Shown here piece after piece: positions 19,486 to 28,201 of a DNA stretch of 64,000 bases. The notes below the pieces were generated by a model. The model had not been told where the DNA came from and did not search any database. It saw only the letters and a list, made by a program, of their open reading frames with translations. The stretch comes from an archaeon (lineage in GTDB: Archaea > Micrarchaeota > Micrarchaeia > Norongarragalinales > UBA97), in assembly GCA_020057405.1 (NCBI GenBank), contig JAGVFW010000003.1, positions 32,001 to 96,000 on the forward strand, written 5' to 3'. The position numbers and the translations under genes are program-made. Position 1 is the first letter of the stretch; each line of letters opens with the position of its first letter.

Positions 19486-19563
19486 ATGATAATGGAACTA
19501 TTAGGCATGACTTTCAGTTCGGTAATCGATACCGCGAAGATGGCCCTGGACGAAATCATCTAA
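19486..19563 (+). CDS. Putative 25-aa peptide
   Basis: MIMELLGMTFSSVIDTAKMALDEII after a strong GAGGTGA SD. Confidence 0.4.
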   Translation: MIMELLGMTFSSVIDTAKMALDEII

Positions 19564-19630
19564 GCAGGTGAAGTGGCGGAGAAAAACTCCGCACTTTTGC
19601 CACTTTAGCATCATTTCGAGGATTGGTAAT

Positions 19631-19927
19631 ATGGAAGCAAACTGCATCACAGTCGATCAAAAAACACTTCGGTCCCTTGGCGCTGACACGCGCGTAAGCA
19701 TACTCAAGCAGCTTTCGGGCAAGCCCATGACGCAGACCGAGCTTGCAGCCGAGCTTAAGATTTCGCCGCCCGCAGTTAACGCGCACCTGCACAACTTGGC
19801 CGAAGTTTCACTCGTTAGACAAGTCGATTCGCAGGGCCGCAAGTGGAAGTATTACGAGCTTTCGGAAAAGGGCGAGGCGATAATCCGGCCAGAGGGCGCC
19901 CGTACGCTGATGTTTACGTTTATTTGA
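19631..19927 (+). CDS. ArsR-family HTH regulator
   Basis: LGADTRVSILKQL...TQTELAAELKISPPAVNAHLHNL...KWKYYELSEKG. Confidence 0.85.
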   Translation: MEANCITVDQKTLRSLGADTRVSILKQLSGKPMTQTELAAELKISPPAVNAHLHNLAEVSLVRQVDSQGRKWKYYELSEKGEAIIRPEGARTLMFTFI

Positions 19928-19951
19928 CAGGTTGATTTTTGAGGAGGAGAT

Positions 19952-20209
19952 GTGTTCATGGCAATTTATTTTGAAGTTGGAGCAGTCCTAGTTACGTTGT
20001 TCTTCCTTTACTTGCTTGTAAGATTCCTGTTCAACCCGCTGCACATCATCGCCAACTCGATTTTCGGCATAGTGGTGTTCTTCCTGATGAACTCGTTTTT
20101 CGGCGTAGGAATACCGATAACGTTCCTCTCGGTTGGAGTCGTAGCCATAGGCGGAATTTTGGGAGTTATCTTAGTATTTTTGCTCCACGCAACGGGCTTG
20201 GGCTTCTGA
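19952..20209 (+). CDS. BofA-family (pro-sigmaK processing inhibitor-like) small membrane protein
   Basis: NSIFGIVVFFLMN...IPITFLSVGVVAIGGILGV pattern. Confidence 0.7.
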   Translation: MFMAIYFEVGAVLVTLFFLYLLVRFLFNPLHIIANSIFGIVVFFLMNSFFGVGIPITFLSVGVVAIGGILGVILVFLLHATGLGF

Positions 20210-20258
20210 GTCCGGCGGGAGCAAATCGGGAAAAAATCGTACGGGGGTGCATGAAACA

Positions 20259-20375
20259 ATGAAGAAAACAAGGGGAACGAGAATGGCCGCAGCAGTCAAG
20301 CGCGCAGCCAAGACCAAGGGCGGAAAAGGCAAGGTTAAGCACCGGGCAGTCGGCCGCAACATCATGAAAACGTAA
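20259..20375 (+). CDS. Putative 38-aa highly basic peptide
   Basis: MKKTRGTRMAAAVKRAAKTKGGKGKVKHRAVGRNIMKT; GGGGGTG upstream. Confidence 0.4.
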   Translation: MKKTRGTRMAAAVKRAAKTKGGKGKVKHRAVGRNIMKT

Positions 20376-20434
20376 TTTCCGTGGGCCCCTTTAGGCCCTA
20401 CGGTTTTCAATTTATCGAATGGAGTGTGAAGAAG

Positions 20435-20869
20435 ATGGAAAATAATGTGAAAGTTGTTTTGGCAGTTGTCTTAGTCGCTATTGTCGCTTTTGGAGTCTAC
20501 TACATGGGCCAGCCTGGCCTGCTGTCGCAAAATGGCGCTACGCCGACGCCAAAGATAGGTGAGGCACCGCCAATCTTCACAAGCCCGCTTCCCAACCCCA
20601 CTGACGCGATTTCAACGACCGACGTGAAGATATTGTACGGCTCGTTCAACCCGCAGGCCATCAGGGTTACCGTGGGTTCTACAGTCACTTGGGAGAACCA
20701 GGACGGCGTCATCCACAGCATTACCTCAATGCCAGGATCGACATATAACTTCACCTCGGGCATAATCGGAGGCAGGCAGACCTGGAGCTACACCTTTAGC
20801 GGCCCCGGAACCTACCCCTACTACGACGACACCACCCGACAGGCCCAGGGCGTAGTCTACGTAGGCTAG
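20435..20869 (+). CDS. Membrane-anchored cupredoxin-like protein lacking the Cys/His/Met ligands
   Basis: FNPQAIRVTVGSTVTWENQD..HSI, YTFSGPGTYPYY; DDTTRQAQG where CxxHxxMxG is expected. Confidence 0.8.
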   Translation: MENNVKVVLAVVLVAIVAFGVYYMGQPGLLSQNGATPTPKIGEAPPIFTSPLPNPTDAISTTDVKILYGSFNPQAIRVTVGSTVTWENQDGVIHSITSMPGSTYNFTSGIIGGRQTWSYTFSGPGTYPYYDDTTRQAQGVVYVG

Positions 20870-20922
20870 AAAACCTAACGCGACCTAAGTGGAGGGGAAC
20901 TTGCTCTCACCCCCTTCATTTA

Positions 20923-20940
20923 TTACTCTTTTTCGAGTAA
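20923..20940. promoter_or_regulatory. Palindromic operator TTACTC-N6-GAGTAA (candidate RbkR box) at the ribK start
   Basis: TTACTCTTTTTCGAGTAA, 8 nt before the ATG; the same motif occurs upstream of the rib operon. Confidence 0.7.
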
Positions 20941-20948
20941 GGTTATTC

Positions 20949-21590
20949 ATGAAACCTACCCAGCTTGATCTGCTTTTGCTCGTTGCTGAAGAAGGCGGCA
21001 CTGGCGGAGGCGCTGCATTGACTACGGTTGCAGCTGCAGCGCGGCTTGGCGTCAGCCAGCAAACTGCCTCAAGGTGGGTGCGCGAACTGGCAACTGAGGG
21101 CATGCTTGAGAAGACGCACGCGGGCCTGCGGTTGACTGCAGGTGCGATAAAGCGCCTCGAGCGTCTAAAGGCAGTCTTTGACCGGAAACCAGCAGTCACT
21201 TTTGAGGGCGTTGTTGTCGAGGGAATGAAGGACGGCGCCTACTACATGGCACTTGAGGGCTACAAGAAGCAATTCAAGCACCACCTAGGGTACGAGCCGT
21301 TTGCCGGAACGCTCAACTTGCGCCTTGACGACGCCAAGGACATTGCCGCAAGGACGGCACTTGACTCGAGGTCAGGAATTCCAATTGAGAGCTTCAAGAT
21401 GGGCGAACGGTTCTTCGGAGGCGCCAAGTGCTTCCCCTGCAAGGTAAACGGGAAAGTTGACGGCGCGATAATCATTCCCCTTCGTACCCACCACGACATC
21501 AAGATTGTCGAAGTAATTGCGCCAATGAAACTGCGCGACAAGCTAAGGCTCAAGACCGGCGAGGCCGTGGTGCTTGAAGTAAAGGCTTAG
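20949..21590 (+). CDS. ribK: HTH-fused CTP-dependent riboflavin kinase (RbkR)
   Basis: HTH LGVSQQTASR; GMKDGAYY, PFAGTLN, RTHH, EVIAP..LRDKL. Confidence 0.93.
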   Translation: MKPTQLDLLLLVAEEGGTGGGAALTTVAAAARLGVSQQTASRWVRELATEGMLEKTHAGLRLTAGAIKRLERLKAVFDRKPAVTFEGVVVEGMKDGAYYMALEGYKKQFKHHLGYEPFAGTLNLRLDDAKDIAARTALDSRSGIPIESFKMGERFFGGAKCFPCKVNGKVDGAIIIPLRTHHDIKIVEVIAPMKLRDKLRLKTGEAVVLEVKA

Positions 21591-22620
21591 CCCTCACAAC
21601 CAGGTCGCCGCCGCTCTTCTTTGCCGACATCACTTCAAGGGGACCAAATCGGGGTGCCTTGACTCCCTCGTGGAGCCTCTTTTTCGAAAAGATTAGCGTA
21701 AAGGCGTCAACCAACCCCGCGTCAATGAATGACTGCGCCAATTCCCTTCCGCCTTCAAGCAGGATGCTTGAAACTTTGAGGCCGGCCAGCTGCTTGAGTA
21801 GTTGTTTTAGGTTCACGCGTTTGCCGGCAGTGCTGAAAACAGGTATGCCTTTTTTCTCAAGTGCAGCTTTCTTTCGCTTGTCGCAGCCGCTTGCGGTGAA
21901 GACCACGCAATTGGCGTCATTGAAGACTTTTGCGCTCAAGGGCGAGCGCAGGCGCGAGTCGACAATCACGCGAAGCGGGTCGCGGCCGCCTTGCAGCCTG
22001 CAGGTAAGGCGCGGGTTGTCGGCGAGAACAGTGCCAACTCCCACCATTATCGCGTCGCGAGTGTTGCGCAAGTGCTGGACGCGCAGGCTCGATTGAGCGT
22101 TTGAGATTTGACTAGTTTGAGGCGACCAAATGAAGCCGTCTGCAGCTACGGCCATCTTCAAGTGCACGAACGGCAGGCCTGTTGAGACGAGCTTGATGAA
22201 GGGCGCGTTGATGGCGGCTGCCTCAAGCTCAAGGAGGCCCGACTCAACTTTGATGCCGGCCTTTCGCAGTAGCGTAATTCCCTTTCCCGCCACTTTGGGA
22301 TTCACGTCCCGCATTGCGATGACAACTCGCTTTACTCCGGCGGCAACTATTGCCTCGGCGCACGATGGTGTTTTCTTGCCTGCAAAGCGCACGCATGGCT
22401 CAAGGGTTACAAAGAGAGTGGAGCCGCGGGCCTTCGGGCCGGCCTTTGCAAGGGCGACTGTTTCCGCGTGAGGGCCGCCGAACTGAGAGTGAAAGCCTTC
22501 GCCAACCACGCGACCGGCGTTGACGATTACGCTGCCGACTAGGGGGTTTGTCTTCGTCCGTCCGGCGCCCTTGGAGGCAAGGCTTATCGCGCGGCGCATA
22601 GCGTGTTCTTCGGTGGTCAT
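21550..22620 (-). CDS. ribD: Bifunctional riboflavin deaminase/reductase (bacterial type)
   Basis: NPLVG, HAE, VTLEPC..PSC, VGVGTVLADNPRLT, LLEGG. Confidence 0.93.
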   Translation of the reverse strand: MTTEEHAMRRAISLASKGAGRTKTNPLVGSVIVNAGRVVGEGFHSQFGGPHAETVALAKAGPKARGSTLFVTLEPCVRFAGKKTPSCAEAIVAAGVKRVVIAMRDVNPKVAGKGITLLRKAGIKVESGLLELEAAAINAPFIKLVSTGLPFVHLKMAVAADGFIWSPQTSQISNAQSSLRVQHLRNTRDAIMVGVGTVLADNPRLTCRLQGGRDPLRVIVDSRLRSPLSAKVFNDANCVVFTASGCDKRKKAALEKKGIPVFSTAGKRVNLKQLLKQLAGLKVSSILLEGGRELAQSFIDAGLVDAFTLIFSKKRLHEGVKAPRFGPLEVMSAKKSGGDLVVRAKPLLQAPRPRRS

Positions 22621-23198
22621 ATGTAGCCGTGGCCCAACTTCGTCTTCTTGGTCCTAAGATAACGCGCGTTGTGGACGCCGGGCTTTATTGCGGTAGGAAG
22701 CGCGACGTCAACTTTGATTCCGTTTTTCTCAAGTCCGGAAACCTTGGCGGGATTATTCGTGAGCAGGCGGACGCTTTTGACGCCGAGGCGTTTTAGAATG
22801 CGGGCGCCAACGGCAAAATCCCGCGTGTCCACTTCCTCGCCGATTGCGGTGTTGGCATCGACAGTGTCGAGGCCGCACTCGTCCTGGACACGGTAGGCCT
22901 CAATTTTCTTTCGCAAGCCGATTCCGCGGCCTTCCTGCCTCAAGTAAACGAGAACTCCGCGGCCTTCTTTTCCTATGCGCAATAGCGCTGACTGCAATTG
23001 TTCGCGGCAGTCGCACTTGAGGCTGCCGAACACCTCGCCGGTCACGCACTCGGAATGCACGCGGCAAAGCACGTCCTTGCCGCTAACGTCGCCTATGACG
23101 AGGGCAGCGTGGTCCTTGCCGTCCTCGGAGAAGACAAAGATGCGGAAGTCGCCGTAAAGGGTGGGCAGCTTGGCGAAAACGGGTTCGACGGACTTCAC
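22617..23198 (-). CDS. ribA: GTP cyclohydrolase II (bacterial type)
   Basis: RVHSECVTGEVFGSLKCDC, QEGRGIGL, LLTNNP. Confidence 0.95.
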   Translation of the reverse strand: MKSVEPVFAKLPTLYGDFRIFVFSEDGKDHAALVIGDVSGKDVLCRVHSECVTGEVFGSLKCDCREQLQSALLRIGKEGRGVLVYLRQEGRGIGLRKKIEAYRVQDECGLDTVDANTAIGEEVDTRDFAVGARILKRLGVKSVRLLTNNPAKVSGLEKNGIKVDVALPTAIKPGVHNARYLRTKKTKLGHGYI

Positions 23199-23599
23199 TT
23201 TAGCACCCCGACCAAATCAATTGCAGCGTCAACTGCCCGCCCGGCGTACTCGACGGCGCGGGCTTTTGCCTGCGACTCGCTCACGCCTGGGCCGATTACG
23301 CCGAGGGCGACGGGCTTTTCAAACTCCATGGACAAAAGAGAAAGCGAGTTCGCGATTGCAAACCCGATTACTTCGTCGTGCTTTGTCCCGCCGGTTACTA
23401 TGGCGCCGAGGACTGCGACAGCGGAGACGTCTTTTCGCTTGAGAAGCTTCTTGACTGCCAGGGGAGAGTCAAAAGCTCCGGGCACGAAAAGAACCGAGAC
23501 GACGCCCACTCCCCGCGTCTTGGCCCGCAAAAGCGCGGCCTTAAGCATTTTGGAAGTGATTTCTCCATTGAACTTGCTGCAGACTATTGCTATTTTCAT
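23195..23599 (-). CDS. ribH: Lumazine synthase
   Basis: IVCSKFN, VPGAFDSP, GGTKHD, KPVALGVIGP. Confidence 0.92.
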   Translation of the reverse strand: MKIAIVCSKFNGEITSKMLKAALLRAKTRGVGVVSVLFVPGAFDSPLAVKKLLKRKDVSAVAVLGAIVTGGTKHDEVIGFAIANSLSLLSMEFEKPVALGVIGPGVSESQAKARAVEYAGRAVDAAIDLVGVLK

Positions 23600-24066
23600 T
23601 TTCGCTTCACCTTGATGGAACCGACGTGGTCCTTGCCCTGGCGCAAGCCCTGGCCGGCATGTTTTGACAAATCATCGCCGTCCTTTGCGAGAATATATGC
23701 GTTCTTTGCGTGCTTGGCCGCACGGTCGACTGCCATTTCGGCAAGTTCCTTTGGGTCGTCGGACTCGATTTCGTGGATTGTGGCCTCAACAATGTGTTTG
23801 TTGGTCAAAAGCTTGGCCCATTGTATGCCCATTGACGCCTGGTTGGCGCACACTTCGTCGATTGGCGCCCCGCCAACCCAGCCTAGGGCGAGTGCTGCGT
23901 CGCATCCGCCGTCAAGCAGGCGCTTGCACTCAACTGCCAAGTCCTTGATGCCTGGCACGGTCTTGTGCTCAACGCGCGCGCCAAGTTTGCGAAGGACAGC
24001 AATTGCGGGCGAAGCCATGTCAACGCGTGAAAACGTCGTGTCCACTACGCCAATCCTAACGCTCAT
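23596..24066 (-). CDS. ribC: Archaeal-type riboflavin synthase
   Basis: IGVVDTTFSRVDMA, TVPGIKDL, HIVE..IHE. Confidence 0.93.
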   Translation of the reverse strand: MSVRIGVVDTTFSRVDMASPAIAVLRKLGARVEHKTVPGIKDLAVECKRLLDGGCDAALALGWVGGAPIDEVCANQASMGIQWAKLLTNKHIVEATIHEIESDDPKELAEMAVDRAAKHAKNAYILAKDGDDLSKHAGQGLRQGKDHVGSIKVKRK

Positions 24067-24099
24067 GGGTAAGTGAAGCCCTGCAAAGAATATAAGCGG

Positions 24100-24135
24100 T
24101 TACGCGAAAACGCGTAATTACTCTTAAGCGAGTAA
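24100..24135. promoter_or_regulatory. Two abutting palindromic operators (candidate RbkR boxes) upstream of the rib operon TATA
   Basis: TTACGCGAAAACGCGTAA (24100-24117) and TTACTCTTAAGCGAGTAA (24118-24135); minus-strand TTATAT follows. Confidence 0.72.
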
Positions 24136-25449
24136 GGCGAACTGGTTCTTTCCTGTGCCCGGCTTGGCGACTAAGTGCTCGCCTTCCTTCACAAGCTTGC
24201 CGCGGAGGAACACGGCGTTGATTTTGCCGTTTAAACGGGCACCGTCAAACGGGCTCCAGCCGCACTTGGTGTAGAGGCCGGAGTTTTCGATTAGCGTAGT
24301 GCCAGCCATGTCAACGAGGACGAAGTCGGCGTCAAATCCCGTCTCGACTGCGCCCTTGTGGCGCAGGCCAAACTTTCTGGCGGGGTTGTAGCAGCATAGC
24401 TCAACTACTTTCTCTAGCGTCAGCCGACCCGATAAAACTGCGTCAAGCAAAAGCGGCAGCGTTGTTTCCAAGCCGGGCACGCCGCTTGGCGCCTCCCAGT
24501 ACCCGCGCTCTTTTTCGGCGGGCAGGTGCGGGGCGTGGTCGCTTGCGATGAGGTCTATAGTGCCATCGGCAATGCCTTCCCATAGTGAACGCGAGTCTGC
24601 GGCGGAGCGCAGGGGCGGATTGACTTTTGCGAAGCTGCCCATTCGCTTGCAGGCCGACTCGTCAAGAAATAGGTGGTGCGGGGTCGCCTCGCAGCTGACG
24701 TTTACCCCTCGGGCTTTTGCCGCGCGGATGAGCTCAAGTTCAGAAGCCGTGCTGACATGGCAGACGTGCAGGTGGCAGCGTGCCTTTTCTGCAAGCGAGA
24801 GGCCAAGCTCAACCGCCTTTACCGCAGCTTCGGGCGGACGCACGCTGTTGTGCTCAGCTGCCGTTGCCGACGAGCCAAGCGACTCGCGGTACTTCTTCTC
24901 GGCTTCGCCTATGACGATTGCGTCTTCGGCGTGAATCATCACTGGCTTGGGGTAGGAAAAGTGCGCGGGCACGTCGCTTGAGGCAAGCGCTTCGGCCGAG
25001 GTCGTGCCGCCGATGAAAATCTTTTTTGCCGCCACTTGCGGGACGGCCTTAAGCGACTCTTCCTCGTTGCCGATGGCGGCGCCAAAGACGAGGCCGTAGT
25101 CGCACACTGCTTTTTCAGCTGCAATTGCCGCCTTCTGGTTGAGTGCCTCTAGTGAGGTGGTAGGCGGTGAAGTGTTCGGCATGTCAAAAACGGTTGTCAC
25201 GCCGCCCGCAAGCGCGGCTGTTGTGCCGGTGAGAAAGTCTTCCTTGGCAGTAAAGCCTGGGTCGCGAAGATGGCAGTGCACGTCAATGAGGCCGGGCAAG
25301 AGAAATGCGCCGCCGGCGTCGTATTCCTCCTCGCCGTTTGCCGGCATGGACGGGCCGATTTCCTCGATGATGCCGGACTCTTCTCCAAAGCGCACGCTTG
25401 AATCAAAAATTCCTTGTGGCGAGACGATGCGGCAGTTTCGCACTATCAT
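24124..25449 (-). CDS. pyrC: Dihydroorotase
   Basis: PGLIDVHCHLRDPG, DMPNT, HAED, CHVS, KVNPPLR, SDHAPH. Confidence 0.93.
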   Translation of the reverse strand: MIVRNCRIVSPQGIFDSSVRFGEESGIIEEIGPSMPANGEEEYDAGGAFLLPGLIDVHCHLRDPGFTAKEDFLTGTTAALAGGVTTVFDMPNTSPPTTSLEALNQKAAIAAEKAVCDYGLVFGAAIGNEEESLKAVPQVAAKKIFIGGTTSAEALASSDVPAHFSYPKPVMIHAEDAIVIGEAEKKYRESLGSSATAAEHNSVRPPEAAVKAVELGLSLAEKARCHLHVCHVSTASELELIRAAKARGVNVSCEATPHHLFLDESACKRMGSFAKVNPPLRSAADSRSLWEGIADGTIDLIASDHAPHLPAEKERGYWEAPSGVPGLETTLPLLLDAVLSGRLTLEKVVELCCYNPARKFGLRHKGAVETGFDADFVLVDMAGTTLIENSGLYTKCGWSPFDGARLNGKINAVFLRGKLVKEGEHLVAKPGTGKNQFALLA

Positions 25450-26117
25450 CGCGACGCCGCCTTCCGAAGTTCCTTGATTGCCGCTGCGGCATTTGGTGCG
25501 CAGAAGACTGCGGCGCCTGCGACAAAAGCCGTGACGCCTGCTTTTGCAAGTATCGGTGCGGTCTTGTCGTTAACTCCGCCGTCGGCCATGAAAAGGGCTT
25601 TGAGTTTTAGGGCGGTTGCGGCTTTTGCGATTTGGCGGAACTTGGGCATGACTTTTGGCATGAACGCTTGTCCGCTGTAGCCGGGCGCTACCGTCATCGG
25701 CAGGATGTAGTCGCACTCGGCCAAGAGGGCAGGTGTGATTTTTGAGGCGGGAGTGGCGGGAACGAGGGCGAGGCCGGCTCCGCAACCGTGCTTTTTGATG
25801 AGCTTGAGGGTCTGCACGATTTGCTTTTCGGTGCCGGCTTCGACGTGGATGCAAATGCTTGCGGCACCGGCTTTTGCGTAGTCTTTGATGACGAGCCACG
25901 GAGTGCGGATCATGAGGTGAACGTCAAGGGGCAACTGGACTGCTTTTGCAAGTAGTTTGACGGTTGGGACGCCGTAGTTTACTCGGGGGACAAACTTTCC
26001 GTCCATGACGTCAACGTGGAGAATGTCGGCGCCGGCTTTTTGGGCGCGCTTGGCTTCTGCGGCGAGCCGAGTTTGGTCGGCTGCCAGGATGCTTGGTGCA
26101 ATGATGACGCGCGTCAT
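25446..26117 (-). CDS. rpe: Ribulose-phosphate 3-epimerase
   Basis: IAPSILAAD, HVDVMDGKFVP, DVHLM, MTVAPG, DGGV. Confidence 0.95.
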   Translation of the reverse strand: MTRVIIAPSILAADQTRLAAEAKRAQKAGADILHVDVMDGKFVPRVNYGVPTVKLLAKAVQLPLDVHLMIRTPWLVIKDYAKAGAASICIHVEAGTEKQIVQTLKLIKKHGCGAGLALVPATPASKITPALLAECDYILPMTVAPGYSGQAFMPKVMPKFRQIAKAATALKLKALFMADGGVNDKTAPILAKAGVTAFVAGAAVFCAPNAAAAIKELRKAASR

Positions 26118-26129
26118 GCCGGGTTCACC

Positions 26130-26699
26130 TTAGTGGGGCTCGCGGCGAGAGTCCTCGCCTGCCTCGTGGCGTTTTTTGACTGCCTTGAAAACTTTCTCGA
26201 CAAGCACCTCGGGTGACGAGTCGTGAAGCACGAGTGCTTTAGTCGGCCGGTCTGCCCGTCTGGAAACTGCGGGAAAGAGCTCGGTGACGCCTCCAAGGCC
26301 GGCGAGGAGGCCGATGACCTTGTTTTCGTCAAAGGCGATTGTCAGCTCGTTTAGCGTGCCCATGCCACCGTGGAGGGAAATGACCGCGTCGCTTGCGCGC
26401 ACGAGGAGAAGGTTTCTGCCCTTGAAGCCAAAGCCGGTCGTTGAGATGAAGTCGTGGTTCTTGTATGGATACTTTTTGCGCCTGTGTTCGGTGATGCTGC
26501 TAACGGGAGAGAATCCCACTACGGTGCCGCCCGCCTGCTTGGCGGCCTTTGCGGCTTCTTCAGGCAATCCGGGGCACGCGCCGTTGACGAGCACGCAACC
26601 GGTCTTGGCAATCTCACGGCCAACGGCCCTTGCCTTTCTGACCTCGTCGGCTGAAAAGCGGCTTGCGGCCGAGCCGATGACGCCAATGCAGTGTTTCAT
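26130..26699 (-). CDS. LOG-family (TIGR00725-like) nucleotide-binding protein
   Basis: IGVIGS, GACPGLP, RNLLLVRASD, GGMGTLNE; start reassigned to MKHCIG. Confidence 0.85.
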   Translation of the reverse strand: MKHCIGVIGSAASRFSADEVRKARAVGREIAKTGCVLVNGACPGLPEEAAKAAKQAGGTVVGFSPVSSITEHRRKKYPYKNHDFISTTGFGFKGRNLLLVRASDAVISLHGGMGTLNELTIAFDENKVIGLLAGLGGVTELFPAVSRRADRPTKALVLHDSSPEVLVEKVFKAVKKRHEAGEDSRREPH

Positions 26700-26730
26700 A
26701 AGTAAATGCATGTAGGGGAGTGCAAGCTTT

Positions 26731-27462
26731 TTATGGTGTTGCCGCAAGCAGTTTTTCGCACAACGATTTTGCGGCTTCGCGCATCAGCTCTTCCCCGCCG
26801 GCGTTGTAGATGGCTCGGCCGACAATCGGGTGGAAGCGTTTGCCTGCCGCCTTGGCACCCTCGCTTATGTCGCCGCCTTGTGCGACAAAGCCGGGTGAGT
26901 AGAATGCGAAGTCGGCGCCAAGGGATTTCTCAAGCTCCTGCCGGTATTGGGTAATCTTTTCCGGCTTGGTACCCGGGACGACGAAGTCGCGAACGCCCAT
27001 GCGCGCTGCAAGCGACAGGATGCGTGAGGGAGAATCGTTTGAGAGGTAGCCGCCGTCAGACTGGAGGAATCGCTCGTGAGTCATTTCGCCGGCGACGATG
27101 ACTGAAAGGCCGGCGTCCTGCACTGCCTGCGTCCAGGCGACTTGCGTTGCCGGTCCGGACATTGGGACGAGGATGATTGAGTCGACGCCGGCCTCAGCGC
27201 AGGCGGCAACAAAAGGCGCGCCCGTGTCGGGAATGTCGGTGCCGGCTTTTTGGTGGTCGTAGATGATTGGCTTGTCGCAAAGTGCGCGGATTTCCTTGAC
27301 GACCGAAGGCAGGCCATAGCGGAGCGCGAGTGTGAAGCCCAGCTTGTAGGCGCCGATTCCTTCCAGGTCGGCAGTCGCCTTTACTAGGGCGCGCAGGTGG
27401 TCGAGGGTCGCCACGTCACAGGCGGGCACGATGCTTTTGTCTGCGGCGATGATGCGTTTCAT
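26731..27462 (-). CDS. pyrF: Orotidine-5'-phosphate decarboxylase
   Basis: ACD, YKLG, YDHQKAGTDIPDT, SPGFVAQGG, IVGRAIY. Confidence 0.93.
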   Translation of the reverse strand: MKRIIAADKSIVPACDVATLDHLRALVKATADLEGIGAYKLGFTLALRYGLPSVVKEIRALCDKPIIYDHQKAGTDIPDTGAPFVAACAEAGVDSIILVPMSGPATQVAWTQAVQDAGLSVIVAGEMTHERFLQSDGGYLSNDSPSRILSLAARMGVRDFVVPGTKPEKITQYRQELEKSLGADFAFYSPGFVAQGGDISEGAKAAGKRFHPIVGRAIYNAGGEELMREAAKSLCEKLLAATP

Positions 27463-28196
27463 TCCGATAGCCTCACTGCGCCGTACTTAACATAGTATTC
27501 AATCCACGCGCGCTTGATTTGCGGCTCTAGGTCGTCCTTGACGGCTGAGAAGATGTCCTGCATGGTAAGGACTGAAACGGATTTGATGCCGAGCTCGGAT
27601 TCAAACGCCTGCACTGCGCTCTTGTCGCCCACAATGGTTGCGTCGCCCATGAGCTCTTGCCGGTCAACCGCTAAGACAAGGCCGGCGAGCTTGAAGTCGG
27701 GCAGGGCTTTAAGCCGTTCGAGCGCGTCGTACTTGGCCTTGCCGGTGGTGATTACGTCGTCGACTAGGAGGATGCTTGAGCCCGCAGTCCACGAACCTGC
27801 ACCAGTGATTACCTGGTCGGCGGCTAGGTCGCCGTAGTTTTTCGCCTCCTTGCGGTCGTAGAGGAGCGAGGTGTTCTTGCCGTAAAGCTCGAATAGTCCT
27901 TCGCAGGAGAGTGCCGCAAGCGTTATGCCCTTGTAGGCCGGGCCGAAGATGAATGTGAAGTCCTTGAGTACTCCGGCGCGCACGCCCTGGGCGATTGCGG
28001 TTGCGTAGGCGCGCTTGAGGGCCGACTGCGACTCGCCGTCACAGAGGGCGCCGATGTTGATGAAGTTGGGGCTCTTGCGACCGCTTTTGAATGTGAAGAA
28101 GCTTTTTTCATCGGACGCGATTTTGAGGGCTTTTTTTGTAAGGAGGAGTTCTAGAAACTCTTTTTTGGCCGCTGCGAAGTCGGGCGATAGTTCCAT
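27459..28196 (-). CDS. pyrE: Orotate phosphoribosyltransferase
   Basis: FKSGRKSPNFIN, GPAYKGI, DRKEAK, LVDDVITTG. Confidence 0.93.
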   Translation of the reverse strand: MELSPDFAAAKKEFLELLLTKKALKIASDEKSFFTFKSGRKSPNFINIGALCDGESQSALKRAYATAIAQGVRAGVLKDFTFIFGPAYKGITLAALSCEGLFELYGKNTSLLYDRKEAKNYGDLAADQVITGAGSWTAGSSILLVDDVITTGKAKYDALERLKALPDFKLAGLVLAVDRQELMGDATIVGDKSAVQAFESELGIKSVSVLTMQDIFSAVKDDLEPQIKRAWIEYYVKYGAVRLSE

Positions 28197-28201
28197 TTCA
28201 A

